A DNA stretch of 64,000 bases, from positions 54,590 through 118,589 of the forward strand of contig JAIBDD010000002.1 in the NCBI GenBank assembly GCA_024679565.1, read 5' to 3'. The DNA comes from Bacteroidota bacterium. GTDB lineage: Bacteria; Bacteroidota; Bacteroidia; NS11-12g; UBA9320. This document shows, one piece after another, positions 60,093-64,000 of the stretch. Numbering within the stretch: the stretch's first letter is position 1; every line of letters begins with the position of its first letter. Under the pieces are notes generated by a model that was not told the origin of the DNA, did not search any database, and saw only the letters and a list, made by a program, of their open reading frames with translations. The translations under genes were made by a program, and so were the position numbers.

Positions 60093-60775
60093 TCGGCAAA
60101 ATTACGTATTAACGATAGAATTATGTACGTAAAAATGATAAGAGTTACACCAAAAAAACCAAACAACGCTAAGTGACCCAAACACAGGATAATAAAAATA
60201 TACTGTAGCTGATTGTCCTTCCATTTCAGGTTTTTAAGCTTTAAAGAAAACATTCTAAAATTAGCCACCATTAGAATAGATGCGAGTATAGGGATGGCCA
60301 AAAACAAATACTGAGAAACAAAAACCGTTTCGGGTATATGTCTATCATATTCAATTAGAAAGGGCCAAGAACTTAACCAAAGGGCGGTAACCGTTGTAGT
60401 TAAACCATAGAACTCCACATCTTGCCGCTCATCGTTGTTATACTTGGCTAAACGGAGGGCCGCAAAAATGGGTATGATTAGCGCAACGTAATGTATCCAG
60501 CCAGTGTTGTACTGCATCTGAAGACTGAAAATCATAATACTCGGTGCCACACCAAAACTAACCAAGTCTGCCAGACTGTCTAGGTCTTTGCCCACGTCAG
60601 ATGAAACCTTCAGTAATCGTGCAATTAGACCATCCAAAAAGTCGGGAATGGTTGCTAATGCGATAAACGTAGAAGCCCAAAGTACCTCATGATTCATTGA
60701 GCAAACTATAGAAAGTACACCCAATCCTAGGTTGCTTAATGTGAAGGCGTTTGGTATGTGTTTAAGAATTTTCAA
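60089..60775 (-). CDS. pssA: CDP-alcohol phosphatidyltransferase (phosphatidylserine synthase-like)
   Basis: IPNAFTLSNLGLGVLSI N-terminus. DFLDGLIARLLKVSSDVGKDLDSLAD matches the CDP-OH transferase motif D-G-x2-A-R-x8-G-x3-D-x3-D. Confidence 0.8.
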   Translation of the reverse strand: MKILKHIPNAFTLSNLGLGVLSIVCSMNHEVLWASTFIALATIPDFLDGLIARLLKVSSDVGKDLDSLADLVSFGVAPSIMIFSLQMQYNTGWIHYVALIIPIFAALRLAKYNNDERQDVEFYGLTTTVTALWLSSWPFLIEYDRHIPETVFVSQYLFLAIPILASILMVANFRMFSLKLKNLKWKDNQLQYIFIILCLGHLALFGFFGVTLIIFTYIILSLIRNFAE

Positions 60776-60862
60776 ACTTTTGTCTGTTTTTCGTGTTTGA
60801 TTGTCTAATCAAGCTGGTTCGCAAAATAAGCCCAGTAATTTTGCAAAAAAAAATAACAGTCT

Positions 60863-63232
60863 ATGTACAGAATTTTTTGTCTCCTGTCGCTTTTCTTATT
60901 TGCGTCGGGTGCATTTGCCCAAAAATATACCGTTAGTGGGCGTATTTCAGACGGAAGTTCAGGTGAAGATTTACTTTACTCCACAGTACTTGTAAAAGAC
61001 AAATCGTTAGGAACTGAAGCCAATGATTACGGCTTCTACTCGCTAACCTTGGACCCAGGTGAATATACCTTGGTATATGAATACGTTGGGTTCGCTACCA
61101 TTGTTAAGGTTATTGACCTTCAAAAAGACACCACGCTAAACATTGAGCTTATGCCTAACGGCGAACGCTTAAAAGACGTTGTGATTGATCTGGACAAACG
61201 TGAAAGACAGGTTGAAAACAAACAAATTTCGGTGGTAAACATGGACATCAAAACCATCAAGGAGATTCCTGTCATCTTTGGCGAAGTAGATGTTTTGAAA
61301 ACCATTACCCTTCTGCCAGGTATACAATCTGCAGGTGAAGGTAATTCAGGTATTAACGTAAGGGGAGGCTCTCAAGACCAAAACTTAATTCTGCTTGATG
61401 AAGCAACCGTTTATAACGCATCTCACTTACTCGGATTCTTTTCGGTATTTAATGGCGATGCGATCAAGGATATACAGGTGTACAAAGGTGGCATACCAGC
61501 ACAATATGGCGGTAGGCTTGCTTCCCTACTCGACATCAAAATGAAAGATGGTAATAAAAAGAAATACGGTGCAACGGGTGGAATCGGTACGATTTCAAGT
61601 CGTTTGACCTTAGAGGGCCCGATTAAAAAGGATACTTCATCATTCATGATTGCTGGTCGTCGATCGTATGCAGATGTTTTTCTGCCATTTTCAGGTAGCG
61701 AACTTGCAAGAGAAAGTACACTCTATTTTTACGATCTTAACCTTAAACTGAATTATAAGCTTTCTGACAAAGACAAGCTTTTTGCTAGTGGATATTTTGG
61801 TAGAGACGTTTTTGGTTTCGGCAGTTTGTTTGGTATAAACTGGGGAAACGCAACCGGAACTGTTCGTTGGAATCACCTATTTAACAAGAAACTATTCTTG
61901 AACACCTCGTTTGTGTTCAGTGATTTTAATTATGGTTTTAATTTTGAGTTTGCAGAAAACGCCGCTTTTGGTCTTGAGCAAAACATCCGTGATTTTTACA
62001 TAAAGCCGGATTTCACCTATTACATGTCTCCCAAAAACACGTTGCGTTTTGGCATGCAGCTTACGCGTCACTATTTCAAACCAGGAAAGTTCTTTGCTGC
62101 CAATGAAGAAACGAGAAAAACATTTACTGAAGACTTAATCTTAGAAAACAAAAACGCCTTAGAAGGTGCTGTTTACATTGACGATGAAGTAAAATTTAGC
62201 AAAAAATTCAATGTGCGCTACGGTGCTCGACTTTCATCGTTTTCAAACATCGGTGGAACGGAATACAACTATACCAAAAACGAAAATTATGCCCCTATCG
62301 ACAGTTTAACTAGAGAAACTGTATATAGCCAGGGCAACATCTACAACACCTATTGGGGATTAGAGCCAAGACTCGCCCTTAGTTATAATGTTGCGAAAAA
62401 AACAGCCGTTAAGGCTTCATACAATCGTACGTTTCAATACATTCAACAGGCGTCTAATACGGCATCTGCTTTCCCAACCGACCAATGGTTTTCGTCCAAC
62501 CTAAACATTGAACCACAAATTGCTGATCAAGTGGCGGTGGGTGTTTTCAAAAACTTTAATAAGGGAATTGAAACCTCGTTGGAGGTGTATTATAAAACCA
62601 TGCAGAACCAAATTGACTATCGTGATGGTGCCGTTTTGGTTTTCAATGAACAGTTAGATGGCGAGTTACTTACTGGTACTGGTCAGGCATATGGTACAGA
62701 ATTGTTTTTGAGTAAAACCGAAGGCCTAACAACAGGGTTTATATCTTACACGTTATCTAAAACAACAAGAAACACCATTGGGATTAACAATAATGAAGAT
62801 TATGTTGCCAATTTTGATATTCGGAATAACCTTTCTGTTGTTGCAACGCGTAAAATTATGGCACAATTGTCTGCTTCTGCCACGTTCACCTATACAACAG
62901 GTAAGCCTTATACCACGCCAGAAGGCAAATACTTTTGGGCTGGAGATTGGTACCCTTTATACGGCGAACGTAACAATGCTAGGTTGCCAGATTACCACCG
63001 TTTAGACATCGGCATAACATGGAAAAATAAACCAACCAAAAAATACAAAAGCAGTTGGAACCTATCTGTGTATAACGCCTACAACAGAGCGAATGCCTAC
63101 GCCATTTACTTCCGAACGGCAACGCCAGAAGAAGCTGCAGAAAATGAGTTTGTGCAAAGTGGAGATCAGGTTGCAGTACAAGTAACCTTGTTTAAAATCT
63201 TACCATCTATAACCTGGAATTTCGAATTTTAA
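60863..63232 (+). CDS. TonB-dependent receptor with N-terminal carboxypeptidase-regulatory-like domain
   Basis: Signal peptide. CarbopepD_reg-like KYTVSGRISDGSSGEDLLYSTVLVKD...GEYTLVYEYVGF. Plug region. Barrel ends ...ITWNFEF (C-terminal Phe). Confidence 0.85.
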   Translation: MYRIFCLLSLFLFASGAFAQKYTVSGRISDGSSGEDLLYSTVLVKDKSLGTEANDYGFYSLTLDPGEYTLVYEYVGFATIVKVIDLQKDTTLNIELMPNGERLKDVVIDLDKRERQVENKQISVVNMDIKTIKEIPVIFGEVDVLKTITLLPGIQSAGEGNSGINVRGGSQDQNLILLDEATVYNASHLLGFFSVFNGDAIKDIQVYKGGIPAQYGGRLASLLDIKMKDGNKKKYGATGGIGTISSRLTLEGPIKKDTSSFMIAGRRSYADVFLPFSGSELARESTLYFYDLNLKLNYKLSDKDKLFASGYFGRDVFGFGSLFGINWGNATGTVRWNHLFNKKLFLNTSFVFSDFNYGFNFEFAENAAFGLEQNIRDFYIKPDFTYYMSPKNTLRFGMQLTRHYFKPGKFFAANEETRKTFTEDLILENKNALEGAVYIDDEVKFSKKFNVRYGARLSSFSNIGGTEYNYTKNENYAPIDSLTRETVYSQGNIYNTYWGLEPRLALSYNVAKKTAVKASYNRTFQYIQQASNTASAFPTDQWFSSNLNIEPQIADQVAVGVFKNFNKGIETSLEVYYKTMQNQIDYRDGAVLVFNEQLDGELLTGTGQAYGTELFLSKTEGLTTGFISYTLSKTTRNTIGINNNEDYVANFDIRNNLSVVATRKIMAQLSASATFTYTTGKPYTTPEGKYFWAGDWYPLYGERNNARLPDYHRLDIGITWKNKPTKKYKSSWNLSVYNAYNRANAYAIYFRTATPEEAAENEFVQSGDQVAVQVTLFKILPSITWNFEF

Positions 63233-63234
63233 CC

Positions 63235-64000
63235 ATGAAGAATACGATAAAAATAGTAGTGGCTATAGTCACTTTGGCACCCTTAAATGCTTGTGAAAAA
63301 GTTGTTCAGCTCGACCTTCCTAATGCTGATGCAATAGTTGTTATTGAAAGTCAAATCTCTAACCAAACAGAAAAGTGGGTAGTAAACCTAGCCCTAACCC
63401 AACCTTACTTTGATCAATCAGGTATTGCTTTTGTTGACGACGCACGGGTATATATTGAAGACAACAACGGTACTATAGACACGCTAGTTTACGATGCTGA
63501 TGGAAACTACGTTAGTAAAGTGGATAAGACCTGTATTATTGGTGATGTGTATACACTGCGTGTAGTGCATGGATCTAAAACCTACACGGCAACAGAAAAG
63601 TGCTTTTACCAAGACACCATTGATTTGGTTCAGTCGTACTATTTGCCTGAAAGAAACGGTTTTATACCTGTTGGTTATTATGTGTTCGAAAAAGCTGGAG
63701 AATACGAACCAGATGGTGATTTCTATATGTGGAGTATCTATCAAAACGGAAACATTCTAACAGATTCAATTGGTTACCTAATCGACTCGGATGAGTTTAG
63801 AGAAACTGGCTTTTTTAATATTTCTATTGACCCAAACGACCCGCTTAAAGACATTGATCGTGGCGTCTTCCCTCGTCCTTTTCCATGGAGTTTTGAAAAA
63901 GGGGATAGCGTAACTGTTGAGCAACTTAGAATAAGTGAAGATTACTACAACTTTATATCAGAGTTTAGCACACAACAGCAACGGTCTGGTACTCCTTTCG
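63235..64000 (+). CDS. DUF4249-like lipoprotein (5' partial; runs off window end)
   Basis: ATG 3 bp after the receptor stop. MKNTIKIVVAIVTLAPLNAC lipobox. Open frame to the window end. The TBDR + DUF4249 lipoprotein pairing is common in Bacteroidota. Confidence 0.6.
   Translation, partial: MKNTIKIVVAIVTLAPLNACEKVVQLDLPNADAIVVIESQISNQTEKWVVNLALTQPYFDQSGIAFVDDARVYIEDNNGTIDTLVYDADGNYVSKVDKTCIIGDVYTLRVVHGSKTYTATEKCFYQDTIDLVQSYYLPERNGFIPVGYYVFEKAGEYEPDGDFYMWSIYQNGNILTDSIGYLIDSDEFRETGFFNISIDPNDPLKDIDRGVFPRPFPWSFEKGDSVTVEQLRISEDYYNFISEFSTQQQRSGTPF

Noticed and set aside
1-64000. CRISPR arrays, tRNA/rRNA genes, transposases, integrases, prophage structural genes
   Set aside because: No short direct repeats with unique spacers were found. 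No tRNA cloverleaf signatures (for example GTTCGAATC T-loop boxes) occur in intergenic regions. No transposase/integrase motifs (DDE, tyrosine recombinase R..H..R..Y) were seen in any ORF. The tail-fibre-like gene is isolated from any phage module.

Overview
This window looks like chromosomal DNA from a Bacteroidota (Flavobacteriia-like) genome, about 40% GC and densely coding. Four secreted proteins end in type-A T9SS C-terminal sorting domains and one in a type-B (gliding-motility) CTD. Housekeeping genes recognisable by motif are mnmA, carB, rlmB, glyA, purS, a pssA-like gene, dps, an M1 aminopeptidase, a fused E1 alpha/beta 2-oxoacid dehydrogenase, thiamine pyrophosphokinase, a photolyase and two TonB-dependent receptors. 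Accessory modules include a complete cyanophycin locus (cphA, divergent cphB, and an isoaspartyl dipeptidase), an arsenic operon (arsR, DUF6428-like, arsC-like, acr3) with unusual cysteine arrangements, a MarR-YceI pair and a PadR-PspC envelope-stress pair. The best candidate for an undescribed system is a 1082-aa signal-peptide protein with eight tandem ~62-aa repeats (186-bp DNA period), a beta-helix-like region and a C-terminal phage tail-fibre chaperone domain (peptidase S74 type). It sits 19 bp upstream of a type-B-CTD PKD protein. Other unusual items are a tyrosine/acid-rich 'DDYS' low-complexity secreted protein, a SulP permease with a ~190-aa C-terminal extension, and an overlapping lipoprotein plus beta-barrel gene pair of unknown function. 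No rRNA, tRNA, CRISPR array, transposase or integrase was detected. All family assignments rest on motif recognition by eye and need HMM/BLAST confirmation.
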